Positions 56,640 through 64,000 of a stretch of 64,000 nt of DNA are shown here, in pieces. Position 1 is the stretch's first letter. Each line of letters opens with the position of its first letter. Source of the stretch: Massilia sp. PWRC2 (GTDB taxonomy: Bacteria; Pseudomonadota; Gammaproteobacteria; Burkholderiales; Burkholderiaceae_D); contig NZ_JAFCUW010000005.1 of NCBI RefSeq assembly GCF_049896725.1, positions 296,515 to 360,514 on the forward strand. Reading direction: 5' to 3'. The notes under the pieces are model-generated. The model was not told the origin of the DNA. It made no database searches and saw only the letters and a program-made list of their open reading frames with translations. The position numbers and the translations under genes are program-made.

Positions 56640-56830
56640 CCGGTGCCGGTGCGCCCCGCAGCGGCAGAAGACGGGCGCCGCTGCGGTGGCCCAGGAGCGG
56701 AACCGCTGGGGTGGCGATGGAGCGGCGCCCCTGCTGCGGCTCAGGTGCGGCGCCACCTGCGGTGGCTAAGGAGCGGCGTCCCTGCGGTGGTTTACGCGCG
56801 GTGCCGCTGCGGTGGTGTAAGAGCGGCGCG
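56640..56830. repeat. Cluster of 4-5 degenerate repeat units of about 30-40 bp (core ctgcggtgg ... aggagcggcg) in the gap between convergent genes.
   Basis: The units ccgctgcggtggcccaggagcgg, ccacctgcggtggctaaggagcggcg, ccctgcggtggtttacgcgcgg and ccgctgcggtggtgtaagagcggcgcgg can be read in the sequence. Confidence 0.7.
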
Positions 56831-56834
56831 GGGC

Positions 56835-57806
56835 TTACGCGGGGCGCTCCGGCGCCAGCGGCGCGCTGTTGCGCGCGCAGTTGCGCCCGCTGCGTTTGGC
56901 CGCGTACATGGCCTGGTCTGCCTTGCTGAGCAATTGTTCTGGGGAATCGCCGTCGCGCGGGAAAACGGCCACGCCCACGCTGGCCGATAACTGTACCTGG
57001 CGCTGCGCCAGCGCCACTGGCTGGTGGGCGGCGTCGATCAGGCGGCCAATCAGCGAGGCTAGCAGCAATTCATCTTGCAGCGCGGGCAGCACGGCGACAA
57101 ATTCATCGCCGCCGAAGCGTGCCAGGGTGTCCGACATGCGCAGCGCCTTTTGCAGTCGCTGCGCGATGATGGCCAGCAACTGGTCGCCGGCCGCGTGGCC
57201 GAGTTCGTCGTTGATGGCCTTAAAGCCGTCCAGATCGATGAATGCCGCCGCTACTTGGCCGCCGTCGGCCCGGGCGCGGGCGATGGCGCGGCTCAGGCGC
57301 TCGTGCAACAGCAGGCGGTTGGGCAAACCCGTGAGTGCGTCAAAATTGCTGCGCTGTTCCAGCAGCTGGCGCTGTTGACTGGCAGTGGTGATGTCGGCGA
57401 ATACGGCGACGTAGTGATGGGGCTGGCCCGCAGCATCGGGGACGGTACTGATGCTGATCCGCTCAGCGTAATCGCTACCATCCTTGCGGCGGTTCCATGC
57501 CTCGCCCTGCCAGTGACCGTCGCGCATGATGGCATCCCACATGGCGCGATAAAACGCCGGCCCCTGGCGTCCCGACTTGAGCAGGCGCGGATTGTGGCCT
57601 AGCACTTCATCCGCGCGATAACCGGTGATGGCGCTGAAGGCGTCGTTGACCGCCAGAATGTTACCGTCGAGGCTGGTAATCATGATGCCGTCGCGGCTGT
57701 AATAGAAAACTGAGGCGGCCAGGGCTTGCATGGCGTCGGCATCGACGGCAGGGGAGACTGGCAAGGCTGAAGGAGCCTGAACCGCGTGGTGCGAGTTTGT
57801 GGACAT
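56835..57806 (-). CDS. PAS-GGDEF diguanylate cyclase.
   Basis: The PAS domain (GIMITSLDGNILAVNDAFSAITGYRADEVLG) is followed by GGDEF with an intact RFGGDEF active site. Confidence 0.9.
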   Translation of the reverse strand: MSTNSHHAVQAPSALPVSPAVDADAMQALAASVFYYSRDGIMITSLDGNILAVNDAFSAITGYRADEVLGHNPRLLKSGRQGPAFYRAMWDAIMRDGHWQGEAWNRRKDGSDYAERISISTVPDAAGQPHHYVAVFADITTASQQRQLLEQRSNFDALTGLPNRLLLHERLSRAIARARADGGQVAAAFIDLDGFKAINDELGHAAGDQLLAIIAQRLQKALRMSDTLARFGGDEFVAVLPALQDELLLASLIGRLIDAAHQPVALAQRQVQLSASVGVAVFPRDGDSPEQLLSKADQAMYAAKRSGRNCARNSAPLAPERPA

Positions 57807-58301
57807 GACCGGACACGGGCACCGTCAATGGGCGAAGCCTCCATCATAGCGAGGCAGGTCAGTGGCGTCGAGACGATGGCGCGCCGGTGCAAAGGGGTTT
57901 ATGCCCATTTTGAGGTAGATCAAATTGGCCATGTAAATGCGCGCAGCGATCATCGTTTTTGTCCGGGCGTCTTGCTCAAACGGGATGCCAAGCGTTGGCA
58001 ATTTTGATGTGCCTCACCCGGTTTTACAGCGCCGGTCGAGCGCCGATCAATATATTGGCTGGCCCCCCAGCCGTCGAGCAGTCAGCCCGTGGATTGTTGC
58101 GCGGCTAGTGCCAACAGCCGGGCCGGCAGCTGCAGACCCGCAGTACCTCCGTCGCCAACGATGCGATGCAGACGCTGGCCCGCTCGCGCGGCTTGATGCT
58201 GGCGTGCTGAAGATGGCATGGCGTTATTGCAGCTGCCACTGGCGACAGCGCCACCTGCCTGCATTGGCATACACCGACACTCCCGGCCCTGTGCTGCCGT
58301 A

Positions 58302-59132
58302 CTAATGGGACATCAGCACCGGTGCCGTCATACTTTCCAGAATCGTCTCGGTGACGCCACCGAGCATGATTTCGCGGAAGCGCGAGTGGCCGTAGGCGCC
58401 CATGACGATGAGATCGGCTTGCAGATCGGCGGCCGCGGATAGCAGTTGCTCGCCAGCGCGGATTGGCGTGGTGCTGGCGCGCACGGTACAGCGCACGCCA
58501 TGGCGCGCCAGGTACAAGGCCAGGTCGGCACCGGGTTCGTGGCCGGCGGCGGGCGCCGGGTTAAACACCACCACCGAAATCAGGGCGGCGCGGCGCAACA
58601 GGGGCAGGGCGTTGAACACCGCATGGGTTGCCTCGAGGCCGCCGTCCCACGCCAGCAAGATCTTGCTGCCAACGGTGGGAAAACTGGCGGCGTAGGGCAG
58701 GATTAGCACGGGGCGGCCGCCATCGAGCACGACCTGTTCTGGCAGCGCGCCGACCAGGTGGCTGGAGGCTGGTTCGTCGAGGTCGGTCTGGCTCAATACC
58801 ATCAGATCGGCATAGCGTGCCTGCAAGGCCAGGCCGCCGGCCGGATCGTCTTCCATCAGGCGGCGCTCGACGCTGGCGACACCTGCGCTGGCGGCGATGG
58901 CCTCGAAGCGCGCCAGCGCTGCTTCGTTGCGTTGGGCAATGGCACTCGCTTCAGACGGCGCCAGCATGGCCAGCTCGAGCGTCACTTCGCGGCCCGCATA
59001 GCGCGACACGCCAGAAAAAGCGCTGCCGATCAGGTGGCTGTCGAACTGCACTGCCAGCTGCGCTGCATGGCGCATGCGCGCCTCGGCGTGGCGCGAGGAA
59101 TCGACATGGACGACGATGGTCTTATAGGACAT
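58302..59132 (-). CDS. Tandem-domain universal stress protein (UspA x2).
   Basis: The 276 aa sequence starts MSYKTIVVHVD. Two USP domains each end in a ...GSR/ETILESMTAPVLM-type motif. Confidence 0.88.
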   Translation of the reverse strand: MSYKTIVVHVDSSRHAEARMRHAAQLAVQFDSHLIGSAFSGVSRYAGREVTLELAMLAPSEASAIAQRNEAALARFEAIAASAGVASVERRLMEDDPAGGLALQARYADLMVLSQTDLDEPASSHLVGALPEQVVLDGGRPVLILPYAASFPTVGSKILLAWDGGLEATHAVFNALPLLRRAALISVVVFNPAPAAGHEPGADLALYLARHGVRCTVRASTTPIRAGEQLLSAAADLQADLIVMGAYGHSRFREIMLGGVTETILESMTAPVLMSH

Positions 59133-59434
59133 TTTTCGGCTCGCTGTGGATTGGGTAGCACCAGCGTACGGCGGCGCGCGCGCGCGGTCCAGCGCTAGCT
59201 GGCGCTGGGCGGTGCTAGTTTTGGCATTTTTGAGGCAGATCAAAAGTCGCCAGCCTTCCTTTCAAGCGGCCTCAACACAGCCATCGCGCCGCTTGCCGCC
59301 GTCCTGGCGCACACTTGATCTAGCGCATACCGTGCGGTGATTCAGGGCGGGTAGGATATATACAAGCAGACCGGCCGTCTTCGATGATCCTGGCCTGCGC
59401 CCAATGTTTCTGCACTCACCGATGGAGACTCACC

Positions 59435-59887
59435 ATGGCCCACTCTCAATCATTGACGCGCTTCGATCCCATTGCACGCATGCTCAGCGCCGACCCTTTT
59501 CGCAATATCGATGACTTTTTTACTTCCATGCGCATGCCCGCGCTGTTCAGCGGGGCCGAACTCACCCCGCTGATCCGCATGGACGTGACTGAATCGGAAC
59601 AGTCGTACAAGGTCACGGCTGACCTGCCTGGCGTCAAGAAGGATGACATCAAGGTCAACATCAATGGCAACCAGGTATCCATTTCCGCGCAGACGGAAAG
59701 CCGCACCGAGCAGGCCAGCGCCAACCTGCTGTGCGCCGAACGTTCGGTGGGGCAATACTATCGCAGTTTCACGCTACCGCAGGCGGTCGACGATAGCCAG
59801 GCGCAGGCGCAATTGAATGACGGCGTGCTCGAGCTGACCCTGCCCAAAAAATCGGCTGGCAGCACCAAATCGCTGACCATCCAATGA
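59435..59887 (+). CDS. Hsp20/alpha-crystallin family small heat-shock protein.
   Basis: The alpha-crystallin domain motifs are present (PLIRMDVTESEQSYKVTADLPGVKKDDIKV ... GVLELTLPK). There is an RBS GGAG upstream of the ATG at 59435. Confidence 0.9.
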   Translation: MAHSQSLTRFDPIARMLSADPFRNIDDFFTSMRMPALFSGAELTPLIRMDVTESEQSYKVTADLPGVKKDDIKVNINGNQVSISAQTESRTEQASANLLCAERSVGQYYRSFTLPQAVDDSQAQAQLNDGVLELTLPKKSAGSTKSLTIQ

Positions 59888-59974
59888 GGGCGCCTTTGCC
59901 GCAGCAGGGCTGCCTGCGATGTCATCTACAGCGCGGTGTTCGGTGCGGCTTTAATGGGAGCAAGCACCGGCATG

Positions 59975-60379
59975 CGTAAGCTGACATCGGCTGATCTCAC
60001 TGAAATCGAAGAGCGCTTGCGTGGCATGCGTATCGCGCTGCTCGAAGCGGTGCGCGAGAGGCGGGCGCAGGGTGGCGGGCAGATGCACTGTGCTGGCAGT
60101 GTTCAGCGTGCGCCGCCGGGAGCCCTCAGTGCCGCCTTCGGCGACGTCAATGCCGCCTTTAACGACGCCTTGACCCAAGATGAGATCGCCATGCTGCAAC
60201 ACGAACTCGAAGAGCTGCGCGCGATTGACGACGCGCTCAAGCGGATTGAATTTGGCGTCGGTGGCCTGTGCACCCATTGTGGCGTGCAAATCCCTCTGGG
60301 ACGCCTGCGGGCCGTGCCTGCAGCGGCCACCTGCATTGCGTGCGCTGCGCTGGTGCAGCGTGAGAGTCGATCCGGCTAG
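59975..60379 (+). CDS. DksA/TraR-family C4 zinc-finger protein.
   Basis: The C-terminus has the C4 finger CTHCGVQIPLGRLRAVPAATCIAC. The start could be 59936 or 59975. Confidence 0.7.
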   Translation, partial: RKLTSADLTEIEERLRGMRIALLEAVRERRAQGGGQMHCAGSVQRAPPGALSAAFGDVNAAFNDALTQDEIAMLQHELEELRAIDDALKRIEFGVGGLCTHCGVQIPLGRLRAVPAAATCIACAALVQRESRSG

Positions 60380-60399
60380 TCCGGCGCCGCAGCTGGCGT

Positions 60400-60560
60400 C
60401 GCTGTTGGCTTAGTTGATCGTTCAGTCGCTAGTTCAGTTGCCAGCGCAGTTGTTGGCGCAGTTGTTGGCGCAGTTGTTCGCTCAGCTGCTAGCTCGGTTG
60501 CTCGCTTCGCTGCTGTTCTTGTTGCTGGCTTGCTTGCTGGCTTGGTTGCTGGCCTACTTA
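60400..60560. repeat. About 160-bp low-complexity tract of degenerate short repeats (agttg[ct]tggc / gcttgctggc families) downstream of the DksA/TraR-like gene.
   Basis: Read directly: cagttgttggcgcagttgttggcgcagttgttcgc ... ttgcttgctggcttggttgctggc. Confidence 0.75.
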
Positions 60561-60687
60561 CTGCCTTAGTTGCTTGCTCCACAGTCAGTCGCGCTGCTGC
60601 CACCGCTGACTGTGATCGCTGCAAGTCGACTTTACGGGGGGCAACGGCAAGGCGAATGCGGACGCTGTAGCGGCTGTTCTCGCCCCC

Positions 60688-61158
60688 TTACGGTTGTTCG
60701 TCGGCGGCTGATGGCACTCCTGGGTGCAGCACCAATACGGGGATCGTTGATTCTGCCACCATTTTTTGCGTTTGACTGCCTGCCAGCAGGCGGCTCAGGC
60801 CGTGTCGGCCGTGCGAGGCCATGACGACCACGTCGCATTGCTGCGTGCGCGCAGTGTCGGTCAACGCTGTGTGCACCGAGTGTGATAGCACCGTGATGGC
60901 CCTGCATGGCACGCCAGCCGCTGTGGCCGCGGCGCACACGCGCTCCGCATGGACACGGGCGGCATCGACCGCCAGGCGTGTTTCGCCCACCACATCGATG
61001 GTCAGGGCTGCCTCCGACGGTGGCATCACCAGCGCCGGCTGGGCGACGGCGACGGCGACAAGTTCGCTGTGCCACTGGCGCGCCAGATCAATCGCCAGCG
61101 GTATTACCAGGTCGGACAGGGGTGAGCCATCAGTGGGCAGGAGGATGCGTTGATACAT
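60688..61158 (-). CDS. Universal stress protein.
   Basis: The 156 aa sequence runs MYQRILLPTDGS ... VVMASHGRHGLSRLLAGSQTQKMVAESTIPVLVL. Confidence 0.85.
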   Translation of the reverse strand: MYQRILLPTDGSPLSDLVIPLAIDLARQWHSELVAVAVAQPALVMPPSEAALTIDVVGETRLAVDAARVHAERVCAAATAAGVPCRAITVLSHSVHTALTDTARTQQCDVVVMASHGRHGLSRLLAGSQTQKMVAESTIPVLVLHPGVPSAADEQP

Positions 61159-61641
61159 GGTGTATTCCTTGGTGGTGCGCCGGCACGGCCGGCATTTTTT
61201 GCCGTGCCGAGCGCAATTAATTATGCTGCGGTGAGCGCTAGCGCGACGCTGCCGTCACAGCGAAGCGCGCGGATCATGTCGCACGAATTGTCGAAGTGCG
61301 TGCTGCAGAACCTCATGGCCAACTGATGCTGTGAACCAGGATGCGGATTACTGCGATGACAGACGGTGATGGCGCTGCCGTCTTAACATACCATTGCGCA
61401 TGCCACTGTGCCGCCCGCGCAGCGACGATGGATGCCAGTGTTGCCGTGTTGAAGTCCATCTCACTTGATGCACCTCAATTATTTGCTAAGCGCTCCCCTT
61501 CATCCTTTGCCTGCAGGGCTTGCGCGATGATGAAAGCATGCTTGTTCGGCACGCGGAACGCGCTCTTCCTCGCTTCTCTTGTATCGTATCCCCTGGTAGT
61601 TCACCTTTGTAGTCTAATCAATCCAACCAAACGGCGGCGCC

Positions 61642-62061
61642 ATGTTCAAACACATCCTGATGCCTGTGGACGGCACCCTCACCATGTTGCCGGGGGTGCG
61701 CCGCTGCCTGCGCATGGCGCTCGAGATGGCTGCACGGGTGGAGGCCATCCACGTGGTGGCTCCGGCGGGCAGCAACGCTGCTGTCGACGCTCGTAGCGGC
61801 GCGGGCACCGCCCACACCCGCGCCGCGCAGATCATGCAGCTGGTCGAGCGCGAGGCCCGCGAGCAGGGTGTGGCATGCACGACGGCGATTATCGAAGGGG
61901 CCATGCCGTGGCAGGAAATTGTCGCCGCCGCGCGCGCTGGCGGTGCCGACCTGATCTGTATGAGTTCGCACGGTCGCAGCGCGCCGTCCGGCGCAGCCCT
62001 CGGAAGCCAGACGGCGCAGGTACTCCTGCATGCGCCGGTCGCGGTGCTGGTATTGCGTTGA
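61642..62061 (+). CDS. Universal stress protein.
   Basis: The 139 aa sequence runs MFKHILMPVDGT ... ICMSSHGRSAPSGAALGSQTAQVLLHAPVAVLVL. Confidence 0.85.
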   Translation: MFKHILMPVDGTLTMLPGVRRCLRMALEMAARVEAIHVVAPAGSNAAVDARSGAGTAHTRAAQIMQLVEREAREQGVACTTAIIEGAMPWQEIVAAARAGGADLICMSSHGRSAPSGAALGSQTAQVLLHAPVAVLVLR

Positions 62062-62211
62062 GTTTGCCTGGCGACGCAGGCTGGGCTGCACTGCGCCGCC
62101 CGCGCAGCGGCCCGTTCGGGCCGGGCGGCATGCGCTTAGCATGATCGCTGCCGGTGCCGGCGCGCCTGTTGAGAGGCCCACCTGCGGCAGCCTTGAAAGG
62201 CAAGCTCGAAG

Positions 62212-62323
62212 AAACGACCTCAAATAAACGACCTCAAATAAACGACTTCAAATAAACGACTTCAATTAAACGACTTCAATTAAACGACCTCAAACAAACG
62301 ACCTCAAACAAACGACCTGAAAC
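62212..62323. repeat. 14-bp tandem repeat x8 (aacgacctcaaata with drift to ...ttcaatta / ...ctcaaaca), 150 bp downstream of a USP gene.
   Basis: Read directly. The units fall into three sub-variants in blocks of 2-3, implying stepwise duplication. Confidence 0.95.
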
Positions 62324-62451
62324 AAACGGCCCTGCAAGGTACTGCGTCGCCTGCGGTCGACATTGCTCGCCACTGCCAACGAGCGCGTGTCCTCACATTG
62401 ATTGCGAGGGGCGCCCGATGGGCGCGCGAGCAGCACCATGCCAGCAGAATT

Positions 62452-62889
62452 TCAACGGTAGACCAACACCGGAATGGTGCTGTTGACGAGCACCTTTTGG
62501 GTCTCGCTCCCCAGCAGCAGCCCCTTCCACCCCTTGCGTCCGTGCGAGGCCATCACCACAAGGTCGCACGCGTGCGCATGGGCGGTGTCGATGATGGCTT
62601 GCCACGGGTCGTCCGAGGTGCCGGTCTCGACTGTGCTGCTGACGCCGGCGTCGGCAGCGGCCTTGCTGACAAAGGCCAGGTCGTCGTCGGCGCGGGCCTG
62701 GGCGCTCTGGCGAAAGCGCTCTGCGGTGTCTTCCAGCATGTCAGGATCGAGCGACACGGTGTGAAAGCGGGGCATCACGCTCAGGCCGATAACTTCTGCG
62801 CCCAGTTTGCTGGCCAAGGTCATACCGGCGAGCACCGCCTGCTGCGATAGCTCGGAACCGTCAGTGGGAATGAGGATGCGGGTGAACAT
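62452..62889 (-). CDS. Universal stress protein.
   Basis: The sequence runs MFTRILIPTDGSELS ... VVMASHGRKGWKGLLLGSETQKVLVNSTIPVLVY. Confidence 0.85.
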   Translation of the reverse strand: MFTRILIPTDGSELSQQAVLAGMTLASKLGAEVIGLSVMPRFHTVSLDPDMLEDTAERFRQSAQARADDDLAFVSKAAADAGVSSTVETGTSDDPWQAIIDTAHAHACDLVVMASHGRKGWKGLLLGSETQKVLVNSTIPVLVYR

Positions 62890-63065
62890 GGTGCACTCCA
62901 TTTCAAGAGTCAGGTTTTAGTCTGGCTGCCTGTTCGCAGTGCTCGTTGAGCTGTCTCAAACGAATGCCTGCCGCTGACGATCCACTCTTGCTGAGTGTGC
63001 TTGCGGCCGGCCCCGAACCAGCGTTGCGGGTCGACCTTCCCGGGGTGGTATCGACGTTGTCGCTT

Positions 63066-63152
63066 GTGCTAAACTACGGCCCGCTGCCCGGATGGTGAAA
63101 CTGGTAGACACCCGAGACTTAAAATCTCGTGCCAGTAATGGCGTGCCGGTTC
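63066..63152 (+). tRNA. tRNA-Leu (anticodon UAA), class II with a long variable arm.
   Basis: The acceptor stem GCCCGGA/TCCGGGC plus ACCA is present. The anticodon stem cgaga/tctcg has the loop cuUAAaa. T-arm GGTTCGATTCC. Length 87 nt. Confidence 0.93.
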
Positions 63153-63195
63153 GATTCCGGCTCCGGGCACCAATAGACAGTGTTATAGAGCAGCA

Positions 63196-63232
63196 TGCAG
63201 TATCAAAACCCGCCTCTGTCATAGGAGAGCGG
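63196..63232 (+). terminator. Hairpin with a T-run downstream of the tRNA (terminator and/or att-proximal structure).
   Basis: The sequence is aaaacccgcctctgtcataggagagcgggttttttg. Confidence 0.6.
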
Positions 63233-63346
63233 GTTTTTTGTTGTGTTAAGCTGTGGCACTGAACATCACCGAAGGTTAGCGATTTCACGGTACTTCTGAC
63301 GGTACTTTGATTTAGCGCCATTTTGATACCGTCACCGGAGTAGGCC

Positions 63347-64000
63347 ATGCCGCTCAACGCAACGTTTGTCGACAAGGTAAAGCCGGGGCCGGCCGCCGCC
63401 GGCGACAAGCACGCGGACGGTGGCGGCCTCTACCTGCTGGTCAAGCAGTCGATCAAGAGTGTCAGCAAGTACTGGCGTCTTGATTATCGTTTTGATGGGA
63501 AGCGCAAGACCCTGGCGCTGGGCGTCTACCCAACGGTATCGCTAGCCAAGGCACGCAAACGGCGCGAGGACGCGCGCGAACTACTGGACGAGGGTATTGA
63601 CCCTGCCGAGGCGAAAGCGTCTGAGAAGCTCAGTAAGGCCCGTGATGCGAACAGCACGTTTGAGATGGTCGCGCGGACCTGGCTTGCGAAGACGTCGACC
63701 ACGCGCGTTGCAAGCACACAGGAGAAAAACACGACCTGGCTTGAGCGAAATATCTTTCCGGAGATTGGCCCAATGCCGATTGCTGCCATCGGCCCCCGCG
63801 ACGTGCTGGCCGCTCTGGCAAAAATTGAGGCCCGCGGCGCGATTGAGTCGGCCCACAAAATAAAGCAGCTCTGTGGCCAGGTATTCCGATTTGCCGTGGC
63901 CACCGGCCAGGCCGAGCGGGACGTAACGGCCGATCTTCGCGGCGCCCTCGCTGCGATTCCGCGCACCCACTACGCTGCCATCACTGAGCCCAGCGCCGCC
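63347..64000 (+). mobile_element. int: Tyrosine recombinase / phage P4-type integrase, N-terminal part; the CDS continues beyond the window.
   Basis: It begins MPLNATFVDKVKPGPAAAGDKHADGGGLYLLVKQSIK..KYWRLDYRFDGKRKTLALGVYP, the classic DUF4102 N-terminus of P4-like integrases. It lies 195 bp downstream of the tRNA-Leu 3' end. Confidence 0.9.

Noticed and set aside
57937-58305. A 122-aa ORF on the + strand between the GGDEF and USP genes.
   Set aside because: It has no RBS, an atypical composition and no motifs. It is probably a non-coding promoter region for the divergent genes.

Overview
High-GC (about 65-70% by eye) chromosomal segment. Gene content and codon usage look like a Betaproteobacterium of the Oxalobacteraceae type (Massilia/Janthinobacterium/Duganella-like), but this is my inference and cannot be verified without a search. 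Almost all spurious ORFs in the six-frame track are antisense or offset-frame shadows of real genes, as expected at this GC content.

Layout of the window:
(1) 1-2.8 kb: the 3' end of a urease operon, ureC (partial) then ureE, ureF, ureG.
(2) 2.8-22.6 kb: ordinary chromosomal genes. These include a PlsC-like acyltransferase, a secreted beta-helix lipoprotein, an aldo-keto reductase, aminopeptidase N (PepN), OYE reductase NemA with an ArsR regulator, an EamA transporter, SugE, a solute-binding protein, an AstE/AspA-family hydrolase, an OafA-type acyltransferase, pirin, AzoR with a divergent LysR regulator, Psd, an HD hydrolase, an RNase H-like protein and a WXXGXW-repeat secreted protein.
(3) 23.2-46.1 kb: the most interesting region. 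It is a eukaryotic-like Ser/Thr phospho-signalling cluster combined with peptidoglycan-synthase-like enzymes. It comprises two Hanks-type kinases, one fused to SHOCT and an FGE-sulfatase domain; one PP2C phosphatase; two FHA proteins, one fused to the N-terminus of a SEDS (FtsW/RodA-like) polymerase; and a 1122-aa protein with a class-B PBP transpeptidase C-terminal domain behind a novel 750-aa N-terminal region. It also carries a translationally coupled run of four unknown ORFs, a double zinc-ribbon coiled-coil protein, an SH3b protein and a 599-aa unknown. The gene inventory mirrors the actinobacterial fhaA-fhaB-pstP-rodA-pbpA-pknA-pknB cell-wall signalling locus, but sits in a Gram-negative-type genome with extra components.
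(4) 46.2-57.8 kb: a glycine-zipper protein, a metallophosphoesterase, an M28 peptidase, small membrane proteins, a VanZ-like protein, a PAS-only membrane sensor with no output domain, and a PAS-GGDEF cyclase.
(5) 58.3-62.9 kb: a stress/dormancy-like cluster of four USP genes (five domains), Hsp20 and a DksA/TraR zinc-finger protein.
(6) 63.07-64.0 kb: tRNA-Leu(UAA) followed by a P4-type integrase (partial), which marks the left edge of an integrated element running out of the window.

The window is also unusually rich in short perfect tandem repeats, some inside gene 5' ends. The 9-bp, 14-bp, 12-bp and 27-bp arrays are flagged below.
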